Shown: piece by piece, positions 14,958-26,984 of the stretch
How the letters are laid out: every line of letters starts with the position of its first letter
Position numbering within the stretch: position 1 is the first letter of the stretch
Source of the DNA: Ptychomitrium polyphyllum
Taxonomy: Eukaryota
Reading direction: 5' to 3'
Length of the DNA: 64,000 nt
Assembly (NCBI GenBank): GCA_973851085.1
Contig: OZ316775.1
Coordinates: forward strand, 7,316,001-7,380,000
Notes under the pieces: generated by a model
The model's input: only the letters and a program-made list of their open reading frames with translations
The model's database searches: none
Told to the model about the DNA's origin: nothing
Position numbers and translations under genes: made by a program

Positions 14958-16855
14958 GGCCGCTTAATAATGAAATTATTGGCAAATGTGTGTTTTATTG
15001 TCATTCTAGATGTGCAAGGAAATAAATGTTAGTATGGTGTTATTTAACTTTATATATTGATTGTGTTTATAGGAATGAATTAATAGAAAAGATTAAATGA
15101 AAGTAGGTGGGGATAAGTTGGAGTAGAAGAAAGATTAGGTAAGAATAAGTGACCGATTACAAAAAAACTAAGTAAATTGCATAGTAATGGTTTCTTTGTA
15201 ATCTTAATCAATGCTTTTTGATTGGCCAAAGTAAGAAGGATTTAAGGAATAAGTAAAAAGACATTGGAGTGTTTGAGTTGGCACTGGTATTGAAGCATTA
15301 TAGTGTTGGTTATTGTAAGATTGAAAGTTAATATGAGTTTTGAGGGAACAATAGAGCCTTTAAAGGCTTGTGGATGTTGAGATGATATTAAAAATGTAAA
15401 GCAATGCATAATATAAAAATCTTGTATCTTTTATTTTAATCATAAAGATTGCAAAATTTGAATTAAGGGCTTTGAATTATTGTGAATGATTGAAGAATTT
15501 TTTTAATATAGTATTTTTAATGTGAATTTTGATGAAATATTCTAATTATATACAAAGTTTGAAAATCTGATTATTATTTGAAACAAAGCAATGGAGCATG
15601 GAAAAAAAAAATTTGGAAATTATAGCAAGTAAATGAATGAATTTTAAGTGTTTAATATATAATTTAAAAAAAAGTATTTGAATAAGATTAAAGGTTGATT
15701 AGATATAAATACATCTTAAAGACATTTAATACAATAAAATAGCACAATAGGAAGCTTTATGCTTTTTAAAATATAAACCGTATCCTTTGTGATAATTGGC
15801 TTAGATGATGTTTATGTGAATAATGTTGTACATAAATGATGCATGCCCTTCTATTTTTGGCCTAAGATTGTGCTCATTTCTTCCATTATATGTGTCTCTT
15901 TTGTAAATGTCTATGTTCTATCTGTACCAACATTGACATCCATCCCATACTTTCTTCTAGCATTTCATTATTTGATGGTAATTTTAATACAAATATAAAA
16001 TTATAAATGATATTTGAAGAATTTTTAAATAAAAATAACATTATTTATAAAATAAAATAAGATTGGCTAGTCCATTTGAAGAAGATAAATTATTTGGCAT
16101 TTTTATTTATGTATAAAACCTAAGAAAAATATATGTATAAAAAATATTATCTTTAGCTCTAATTAACTTCTTTGTCTTACAAAAAATTCTAGAAAATTTA
16201 TATAAAAAAACTTATATTGTTATTTGTGTCAAAGAAAGAAAAAAACGATGATCACTTAAATATTTAAGTCATTGACATAGATGTACATAATACATACTAT
16301 GCAATAGTTTTTTTGACTAACTAATCAATTTCCAATGAATTATTGAGAAGATAGGTGTCAAATGGCCAAAGAGAATATGTGTCAAATGTAAAGTAGGAGC
16401 AAGGCAAAATACAAGTAGAAATATAATGGAGCAAAACAAATACAAATGTGTTGTATGGAGCCAAATGATGCAATGCATAGTAAGAATCATAGTAGCTAAA
16501 TGGCAAGGAAGGGTGGTAGGATGTTGGGGTAGAGGCCAAAGTGGTAGCAATGTTATTGGCCAATGTTATAATGTAGGTTGCTAATGAATTGAATTTAGGT
16601 ATTTGTATGTTCATTTTGTTAATTTTTAGTGTGGAGTTAGATTGATATTAATATGGATTTATTTTAGGTTATATATTAATTTTATTGATGGATAGGATTT
16701 AATAAAAGGAATTAAGTGAAAGTATATGAATAATTAAAGAACAATCAACTGGATTGCATGTTGATTTTCTATGTGGCTAAATAACAATAATTTTTTATTG
16801 AACTACATGATGGTAAAATTTCAAATGGTAGCTATTAATTGGCCACTAAGCGGCC
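14958..16855. mobile_element. Decayed non-autonomous TIR DNA transposon (~1.9 kb) flanked by TA
   Basis: TA|GGCCGCTTA at 14956-14966 and TAAGCGGCC|TA at 16847-16857. Inverted similarity continues ~45 bp further inward with mostly transition mismatches. The interior is AT-rich and poor in CG and CWG; no transposase is recognisable. Confidence 0.65.
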
Positions 16856-17382
16856 TAATTATATTTTTGCCTTCTATTTGACTTTCAGTCACCGGTTGCG
16901 AAGATTGACAAATATTATTTGATATTAAGTTCATTTAATAGACTATGGCGGTTAGGCTTAGCAATCAATTACAAAGGATCTTAGAAGGAGGAGGGGAGGA
17001 GGAGGGAAGGATATAGGAACTGCAAAGTCTTTCTCTTGCATTCTTTCAACCATTCACTTTTTTCTTTCTTTTCAATAAACTATAGGAAATATAAGTGGAG
17101 CAAGGTAAAAGCCTGGTATGTCAATTGTGACTTAATAATAAAGCAAGTATTTTTGTATTGAAGGTTGTTAATAAAATATACTCCTTTTGTTATATCATTT
17201 GTATGTGTGAAGTTATTATGCATTGTAACATAGATGTAGATCCAATTGGTGAACAAAACATGGTGTTTTAGAAGGATTTCGAGATTGTTGAGCTATTTTG
17301 AAAGACAACATGTAGTTCTTAGGAATATTGGATAGATAAATGTACTTTTATCAATGATTTTCTTGTAACTTTCTATAGTATT

Positions 17383-17772
17383 TGTCACGGACATACATAT
17401 TAGAAGCATCTAGAAAGGTTCTTAGATGGTTTAGGAAGCTTCCATGGAAGTTACCTTGGCTTAAAAAACTTCCAAGGAAATTACTTGGGCGTATAAAGGT
17501 TCCAAGGAAGCAACTCAAGGTTGCTTGAGTACAAAACAATGTAGTAGAAGCTTCCCAAGAAGCTTCCAAGGCTAGTAGATCTAATATATGTAGGAGTCGA
17601 GGCTGAAGGGATCTTCAATCTTGACAATGCATCTCTTGTACTCTAACTCAGACTTTCTAGCCTTATCTTTGTACCTTGTTACAGCTCTTTACCTCATATA
17701 TAACTTTGAACATATTCTATTCCACATTTTGGAATCCTGAAGCCTTGTCTTGTAGTTACTATGTTGGATTAC
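17383..17772 (+). mobile_element. Possible decayed solo LTR
   Basis: Starts TGTCACGG, contains repeated (G)AAGCTTCC/AAGGTTCC units and a TATA-like AATATATG; GTATT lies on both sides (17378-17382, 17773-17777), but the canonical 3' CA is missing. Confidence 0.25.
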
Positions 17773-18419
17773 GTATTTCAATTCATTATGCATAATTAAT
17801 GAATTTTTTGAGTATAAAAGTTGAAATTAATATTTTAGTGAAGTTGGTATTAGAAAGAAATATTTGAAGGCTTGATTCTTATTAAATTAAAAAAATTGTA
17901 GAGTGTTGAATTGAAATGATTTTAATACGTCAAATTTGAAGCATTTGGTTGAAATAGCACCTTTAGTTAGGAGGAAAAAATATGAACAAAACATAAGATT
18001 TTAACCTATCACTATGCTTACTAGGCAAAATCCACACAACTTGACAACAACTTAGACCAATTGGTGTAGATTAATTAGTTAATTATACACCTTGCACATT
18101 AATATACTACAGTCAATATTAATTTGATTCAATAATCTAAAGAGTGCATATTGCTATGAATCTTGTAATGTAATTTATTGGAAACCATCAATCTTTAAAA
18201 TTAGATACAAACCTTATTCTACAATTTTTTTTTTCATGTGTGTTTGACATTAAGAACAAATGAAAAGAATATATGGAAATTCAAAAGAATTGTATTCAAT
18301 TCAACTCTTATAATAAATCTTTTGGGGTCATTTCTACAAAAAAATGAAATGAAGAAAAATTTAAGAATTGAAGACCTTAGATACAAAAATTTGCAATGTT
18401 GTAGTTGATATGGCCTTAC

Positions 18420-18825
18420 AATTGAATCAACATCAAAATATCTCTTTAGTATCTTTTGTATCATTTTGATATGGAATATGATACTAAACTGAATATGTAG
18501 CATACTCCACAATAGTTTGATAAAATCTTGACATCAAAATGACACATCTTTAAACTTTGTCAAAACCACATTTATGTGTTTTAAGGAAAAACCATGTCAA
18601 AATGACTCCAAATTGGCATAAGTTAAAACAATATCTTGTGCCATTTTGAAATGATTTTGATATCATTTTGACCTACATCAATGTCATGTCACTTTTACAT
18701 CTTTTAACTCAAAATACTTTGATACCATTTGGGCATCATTTTCACTTGTGTCAATTTACGATGAGAAGTGGACATTGACATGATAATGGTAATTTATGTA
18801 TTAATATCATTTTGAAGTCACAATT
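18420..18825. repeat. Array of TCAAAATGAC/RTCATTTTGA motifs in both orientations (transposon subterminal-repeat-like)
   Basis: TCAAAATGAC at 18534 and 18597; reverse-orientation copies at 18460, 18640, 18662 and 18806; related sequence at 48107-48133. Confidence 0.55.
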
Positions 18826-21800
18826 ATTGCGTCCCAAGCATACCTGATCAATGCAAGGCAGTGTGCCTATGAACATGCAGCTTTACATGGCACATGTGGT
18901 TGAGTTGTGTTTCATGGCATTATTCCTTGACATTTGTCCAGGTCAGATGACAATCCAGGTGGTCCACTGCGCAGGCACAAGGTTTGTTGGGTTGGCCATC
19001 TGTCAGAGGGGTCGAGACCCTTCACTGCCACGCAAGCAAGCAATCCTTTCATAAATGGCCACCAAGGACCTAATAGGATTTTGACATTCCACAGGAGCAG
19101 CTTTAGAACAGAACAAATTGAAGGAGGAAATGCACACACATCCCATGTCCGGCACGGGCCTGTCACCGGATCATAGTACTCAGTCATAATGAGTATTGCT
19201 TGTTGGACGTTCCTGATAAGGCACAAGAAATTAGTTTGCCTTGTTTTGGGAACAATTGCACATGGACTGCAGTTTCTCTGCCTGCTCCTGCAGCCTAGCA
19301 GCTATGCCTCTCCCTCCTTGGGAATTGGGACATGTGACCCCAATATCCTTTCACTTACAGCTCAGGAGTCAGATCATGGTATGTTGTGAGCCAAAGGAAG
19401 ATTGCCCTAAACCTTCTCAGTCACATCACCAATTTCACAAATCACGAAAATGAAAACAACCCTGAGATTTGGTTACCTCTGTTGCTGTAATATCAGAGGC
19501 ATTGGTTAGCTGTGAGCAGTTGCAAGATGAGGAGCAGACAGGTGTCTGCTTACTAATGTTGAAGGCTGTACAAAAGCACATTCAGCCTGGAAGTTTAATT
19601 CATCAAAGCCTCTGCAATTGTTGAATGGCCCAATGGATTGAGTGGATTATTATAAGTCATTTGCTATTACAACTAAAGCAATATATTAAATTGAGTATAA
19701 TGACAATGTGCACGCCGAAACTATTAAATTGGAACCATACATGGGTTATCATTAGTGCCAACCATACTTTTGTATTACCTGAAGAGGGGATAAAAGGGGC
19801 CTTAGTCTCTTAATTCAAGGGTGCCAAACAAGCTTGCTAAAAGCATGTAATAATATAACTGGGTGTGGAAAACCAGAAAATTGTGATTGGGGCTGTTGCA
19901 TGGATGACTCCATGCAACAGCTAGAATATGTGGTACTAACTTGTAACTTAACAGTAAGACTCAGGTGGAATCAGCAGCCACACCTGTTGGCACCAAAACC
20001 TATAGAGATTCAACCTGAGTTAGAACAGCATGATCTGTTTTGTAATCCTTACGGAGAATAAACTATGGAGAATGCAAATGCAAACCAACTTCAGAGACAA
20101 GTTTGCCAGACCACCTTTGATGAGCTCCTTGCAAATCATGGTCAATCATTTCCAGCATTACAAAATATTGGGATTTAGGGCTAGGGACCACTCCACCAGA
20201 ACCTCTTATAAATTAATCTAACACAGTCAGTGCACAAGCAATTTGGATAACACATGATCTTTCAGACACCTACTCAGAAAACCTGATTTACTATATGCCA
20301 GGCTAACATAATTTGTTTTACATACAGCAATAGATTCTACATTTAAATTTTCCCAAAGCACAAGAATAGCACAGAAGCTCTTAGCTCTTTCCGGAAGAAG
20401 ATTTTACTAAATTTTATTTATCTGAAGATGTAAAAATAAAGTAAAACCCAGTGTAGGCCACAACAGAATCAGGTTTTCAACATACATGAGTGTAAGTTAC
20501 AGCAGCTCATCTCTTATTGAAAACCTTTAACATAACTCAAGGGCAGTGACAAATGTGATTGAAGTATAGTATTTTGTCTTCAAAGAAATTAAGGACTGTC
20601 ATAGATTTCACAGAATGGGTTGAATTTAGAATTTGATACAACCAGTAGTGATCCATGTAAGACCTTGCCTAAAGGTTTGAGGATAACTAGCTATTTTATC
20701 TTTGTCAAAAGCTCTGTCAAAGTTAACTTCTCTGATACAATTTATTATAACTTCAAAGGCCAAGGGGAGGTATCATGAATTCATGACTATGGACTCTGGA
20801 GTCTAGACTCCAATGTCTATATAGTCAATGCTCCTGACACCGGGTTGCAAACTAGCCCAAGAGTACATGCCCAGGTCTACCATTTTGTCACAGCTTAAAA
20901 AGCATTATTAAATATAGTAATGATTCCGAGATTCTGTTCTTAACATTCATACCACATGAAATAATCTTATAATTTTATCGTTTAAAAAGTATTCTATATC
21001 TTATTATTCTGCAAAATCTTTAGTGATTGGGAGTCTGCAATATGTGAAAACAGCAGTCATATGTGCCTAGCATAATACTGACTTGTATCCATTGATGGTT
21101 ATAACCCTCTACCAATATTAGGAAGGTTTGCCTTTGCACATTGACAAAATCCAGAAATAAATAAAATTAGTTATAAAGAAACTTTTCAAGTTTGTGTCAC
21201 CACTTTTCCAATATAAAAGATGGCAAAATCATGAAAAACGGATGAAGTATACACTACAGTATTTGAATTTTGAAAGTTCTAAAAGTAAATATATGATTCT
21301 ACAATGGATTCAAATTTCACCATCCCTTTGGATAAGAGAAAATCTTGACAAAAAACACAGATACAGGGGTTTATCAGATTGATGATAAGCGCTAAATCAT
21401 AAGCAGGGTGTTTGAGAAAGCAAGGAAATGGACAATTTGCCATGGTCAGAGACTCAGGGGTTGCAGACCATCAGTATAACAACCATGTTACTGTACTTAC
21501 TACCAGATCAACAGTAGGAACAACCTGGAACTACTCTTACCTCATTCCCAGCATTATAGATTGAAGTACAACACTACTAGATTTGCCACTCTACTCTCTC
21601 AATAGCATTCATACTCAGCCATGGCAGGTGCAGGAAGCCATTATGACAAGGGGCACAGTGAAGTTCTAGAACTTGCTCAGAATCCTTAAGTAGTAAGTTT
21701 GTACATCCACTTTCCCTATGTCAGCATCCACTTGCCTTACATATGGGTGCTCAGCCCAAGTCCAAGTCTGTTAAATAATCCTGAGCATGGAAAAAGTTTG

Positions 21801-22914
21801 GACAGGAAAGAGATGTTCAACAACTATTTCTACAGGGCATATCTGAAATTCTTTGGTTGGTTTATAAGGTAGTAGGTAGATTGAACTACAAATGCCAAAG
21901 GTTTTCCAAAGATATTGACAGTTGTACATCTATACATTCACAGTTGGATTGCTGCAAGTCTGTCAAACCTCAGAAGACTAGCTGTACTGCAGAGCAAGTT
22001 ATTTGAGTTACTTGTTGAGGCCATGGTAGCTCAAGACAGAAAATGTTTACAGCATCGGATGGGCTCAGTTCGCCATCGGATGATTGTACTGGTGATATAT
22101 CCAGCATCTTTGGTGAAAACTGCACAAGTCTCACTTCACTTGAAAGCACTGATATTGTACTGTGTTAACTTAAAGCTCTGACAAGTGAAATGTACTTAGT
22201 ACACTTGAACCATAATTTAGGAAGACATCACCTGCAGCAGATAGCAGAAGTGTTGAATGTATTATTCAGACAATCAGGTCTTTGTTCTTTGCAATTGCAC
22301 TAGTGCTGCTACTCCAATGCAGAGTGCAAGCCACACAAACAAATCTGCAGTATGCAAGCCACACAAACAAATCTGCAGTATGGAACTCCAAACAGTAATA
22401 CTAGTGAACAAGTACAGCTACTGGCTACATTTTTGTTGCTGCAAGCCAAATCTGGAACTGATTTGGTTCTTTTTATTGCATTGGATCAAGAATGGGTAAT
22501 ACTAAACATGAAAAAGTTATTCCATGATTAACTAATTACTCCATTCCTCAATGGATACCAAAATTGTATTCCCTCAATTTTGCAGGTCTCTTGTGAGAAG
22601 AGGAAACCCAAATTCTACCCTAGGTGTTGCGAATCTGCCAGGTTGAATATTTGAGTAATTGTTTAACGGTTCGCTAGCCTAAAAGCAATCGATATTGTGT
22701 GTGCACCTAAAACACAGCACGTAGTTAATCAAAATTTGTGCAACAAGTTATCTCTTTGATTACTGTGATAAAAACAATTGAATACAGAAGGTCCATGGGT
22801 AAGGCTACATTAACAGAAAATGATTGAAATTGATATATAAGTTTCTTGTCATTCTTCCAAATGGGAAAGGATGCACACTTACTTGGTCAATCCAGCTAAA
22901 GATTAGAATGAGGT

Positions 22915-25900
22915 CTACACTGGCTGAGGCCCTCTTTCCTCCTCGATGGGCATGCCCTCAGAATCCTTGTTCTCCTCCTTGTGCCAAGGCCCCTCCCAAC
23001 TTAGAAAATTACCCTCTTTGGAATCCTCTTCTTCCAGGAGGTCTTTGGATGTATGCGATGGGATGCGATGACGCTGTAAAATTCTTAAGGATGCTTCTCT
23101 TGCAGCCCGAAAATCTAGAACTACCACTCGGTTATCATCCAAATCAAAGCGGAGACTTGTCTCAGTACACTCTTCTACAAGTTTACGCAAATGCCGCAGG
23201 TTATGAACTTCGACGCCGTTCACTTTGTTCACCTGTGAACCAATGATGCGACATTGATATTGATTCAACCATTGTGGCCCAATGAATGCCATCAACATAA
23301 ATCGATAACAGGAAGGAAATCACAAAGCCAGACCATTTCCTTCGAAACACTCGACCATAAAATTTGAAATCGTGCGTGGTTCTCGATATAATCAGAAGTG
23401 GCAAGAAAACAAATGGCCTTAACATTTGAGCTGTAGTTTAGACCAAGACTACCAAGTCCTGCTGCCTGAAAAATACCTGAAATTCATGAAACCTTTCGTA
23501 ACCAGCGTTTATTTCGTCCATAAGAACCTGCAGATCAAACCTTCTTAAACATCGCATTCATCTAGAAATGGTCTCTTAATTAATTCGTAAACTCGAACAA
23601 GACAAGATGAGAATGATTCAAATTGTTGACTTGCACCCACGAATTTAAACACCCCTTGTTTAAAATTAGATTTTGTTTGTTTTCTTCAGAGCTATAGATG
23701 TGAAAGATGTGTATCTGAGACTGTCAAGAAATAACAATTTGTCCAAGAAAACCTTGTGTTAATGAAGAAGGCTGGTCTCCAATTTTCACCTGTGACAAGA
23801 TGACAAGTTGCTGCCCTGGCTTAGTTGGATAAGCAGAAAGAGCACGCTCACAAAGCCGTCGTGGTGAAGTATTGTACCACTCCTCCCCATATTCTTGCAA
23901 ATAGGGTTGAGACAAGGGTGTGAATACAAGACCCGCAAAGATGTAGAAACTTGGTAATGTATCAAATTGATGTATAGGCACCAAAGGTCGCAACTGCAGA
24001 AAAGCATTTCAAACAAAAGCGGTTAATTTGATATTATGCTATACTGGATCTACTGGAACGGTTAGCTTCCTTGATCTCCATGTACATCGACCAGTTAAAC
24101 ACGAATTGACACTGTCATCCAGAAACAGTCTTCTCCATCTTTCACCAGTCTTCTCCATCTTTCACCAGTCTTCATCTAATGTTTCACGAATTTTGTGAGA
24201 AAATTCAAGTGCAGTAAACATACAAAGCTCATCAGTTCCTTGATATTTGATTTTGATAATCCAAGTCCTAAATAAGAGCACTGGAGAAGGAGTAAAAGAG
24301 AGACAGTTCTACGTACAGGACCCAGCTTGATGTCAAAATGAAGTTCTTGACCTGAACGCATAACAGTTACTTTGGCAGTTTCACCAGCCTTCTTCATCGA
24401 CACAAGGTGATCGAATGAGATACGCTCCCTGTTACGAAAATGCACTGCAATTTTCAGCCCTGTCAGCTCACCCTCACCTAAGCACCATCGTCCTTCAGAA
24501 GGTATCCTCACTGATGTGGGAATCTTATTAACGGTTTAAGCCTTGATGTACCCTCTTGCAAAAATTTCATGGTAGCATAGTGAAGAAACGCATAACAATG
24601 CTGGTGTAAGTGAATGCAGCATACAGGTATGTGAATTGAGTTAGAGGACGCTGCGAAAATCCAAGTAAATGAGTTAAACAATACATTTTGAATAGGCTAC
24701 AACTTTACCTGTTCCGTCATTTGCAATGGGTATATCATCGAATGCCAAAATCACATCATCTCTTTTAAGGCAGCGACTGGTATCAGTGAGCGGATGAATC
24801 TTATTAATCAATACACCTGTCAGCCCGGGAGGCATCCTGTAACATAAAAATTCGTTAGCTGATGATTATACCATGATGAAACGAGTCATTCTCTATGAGA
24901 ATTTGAATAAGAGAAGGGGCAGGATCAACACACGCTATTTCACAATAAACTGGACTGATTTTGGTCATTAGTCGGTCTCAACATTCAGTACAACAACGAT
25001 ATTTCGTATTTGTGGGCTGAAAGATTCTATCCTGTGTCACTAAATGACGAGTTCTTTGGGAGTTTTATTAAAGAATGTGTCTTCTCGACATTAGTATCAC
25101 TCGGACCAATGGACAAAGGTAGTGTCAATTACAATAAGCAAGAAGAGTGCTAAATGTAATCAATCGACACAGGCTGAGAATGTGATTAAAACGTTAGAGC
25201 GACCAAGACAAACCAGATATTTCAAATCAAACTTATGCTAAATTCTCTATATTGAAGAAGAATCAGATTCCTTACTTGAGATGCTCACGTAGTTGCACAT
25301 TTTCAGCTGACTGGCATGTGACGCCCAATGAACAGAAGCCAATGTACCCTCCAGTCTCCTCCACGTCCACCAGAAAGTGCTTGATAACTGGAACTGGTAT
25401 AATATACCTGCAAAATAATCGAACAATCTTGAACCAGTCTTAACGAAGCCCAACATCATACAAGGCTACAGGTTCACCATCTGCAAGGTGTAATGTCCAC
25501 AGAAATATCTGAAAAACTTCTAGTTGGAACTTGCCATGAAAAACAAAAAATCATAAAGTTCGAACTCATCAAAGCAATCAGTGGACCCATTCGAAGAGGT
25601 GCTAACATACCCTATATTTTCAGCATTCGCAAGATTTTGAAATGCCACTCCAACCACCTTGTCTTCCATGAGAGCAGGACCCCCGCTGTTCCCTGGGTTG
25701 ATAGCAGCATCAATCTGGATGGCCATGAGGTGAGCAGCCCCATGCACATAGCGCGTTGGCTCGACTCTAGACACAACGCCTCCAGTAACTGAGATATTGT
25801 CGCCTCCTGAAAAATTCAAAAGAGTGCCGTTGTGAGAACACCAACTTGATAAATCGCTCCGAAAAAAGTAGTCCTGAGTAGGTTCTCTTAAAACAATTTA

Positions 25901-26984
25901 TAATTTGTAGATATCAGCAGGTCCCATAAAAACTTGACGCACTGATTAGATAGCAAAAGAGAAATATGCTTGATTAGTTCCACAGATTTTTTAGCTATTT
26001 ACAGTCAAACCTTGAGGGTATCCAACAACAGCGACAGACTCTTGAAGGAACGGGATATCCCCTAGTTCAAGTTCCAGCATTCCTTCCCAAAATTCATCAT
26101 CATGAACTCGTAAGAGAGCCAAGTCACATTCATGACCCACAGCCTCGATGTGCGCATGGTACTTGATGGGCGACCCATGCTTACGGACCATCATGTGCGT
26201 TTGATCAGCTACCACATGGGCATTTGTTACTATCCGACGACCTGATATCACAAACCCTGCAAATACTCACATTATTATCTCATGTGTTAACTACACAAAC
26301 AGCAGATTAGAATTCGAGATCTACATCACAACTGTACACATTTCAAACTACATGATCAAAAGCTAGCATACATGCTAACAACATGCTGCTTCTCTTAAGG
26401 AAAATATGACCAGTTCTCTTGAGAGCCAAAAGTTTCGTTGAATATGTTGTTTGTGTCTTCTATTTAGTTCTGCACTCAATAAGAAGAAAGGTGGAAGTTT
26501 GACACTTACCAGAGCCAGTGGCTTCTCGCTGCGCTTTGTTCTGCCAGGGGAGGAAGTAGTTTGGACTGCTGGAAACTGCAAAAATCTTCACAACTGCGTC
26601 CAGTGCTATTTCTGTAGCCAGATACGGATCTTGTGCTCGACCTCTCTCAACTGGGGTACTCGCAATATTCGTAGTAAATCGGCGATCACCCACAAAAATA
26701 CTAGATGGCGTCCCAAAAAATAAAGACAATGCCCTATCATCACCCGCGTATCTACCGTTCCCAAGCTTCCAACAGCTACCACCAGCTGAAGTTCTATCGC
26801 GACAGTAAGACGTAAAAATGAAATTTTTTCTTGTCACACGAGAATTTTTCCCAGATACATTCTCTACCCTGTACACATCCGCATTGCATCTCTCTAATTT
26901 CCCTGCAATCTGATTAGTGGTTAACAAACCCCCAGACGCACATAAGCTCCGCCGAAACGACGCAGACCTCATCTTTCTGTACAT
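22915..26984 (-). CDS. DEG10: Deg/HtrA serine protease, DEG10-like (trypsin domain plus PDZ-type C-terminal part), probably mitochondrial; 9 exons, 625 aa
   Basis: Exons (minus strand): 26984-26510, 26256-26011, 25806-25611, 25407-25276, 24836-24709, 24444-24317, 23993-23790, 23527-23477, 23232-22915. All junctions GT-AG and frame-consistent (1878 nt). Catalytic triad motifs [45 protein letters not shown] resembles plant DEG10 rather than DEG9 (from memory). The Arg/Ser-rich N-terminus [14 protein letters not shown] resembles a mitochondrial presequence. Confidence 0.92.
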
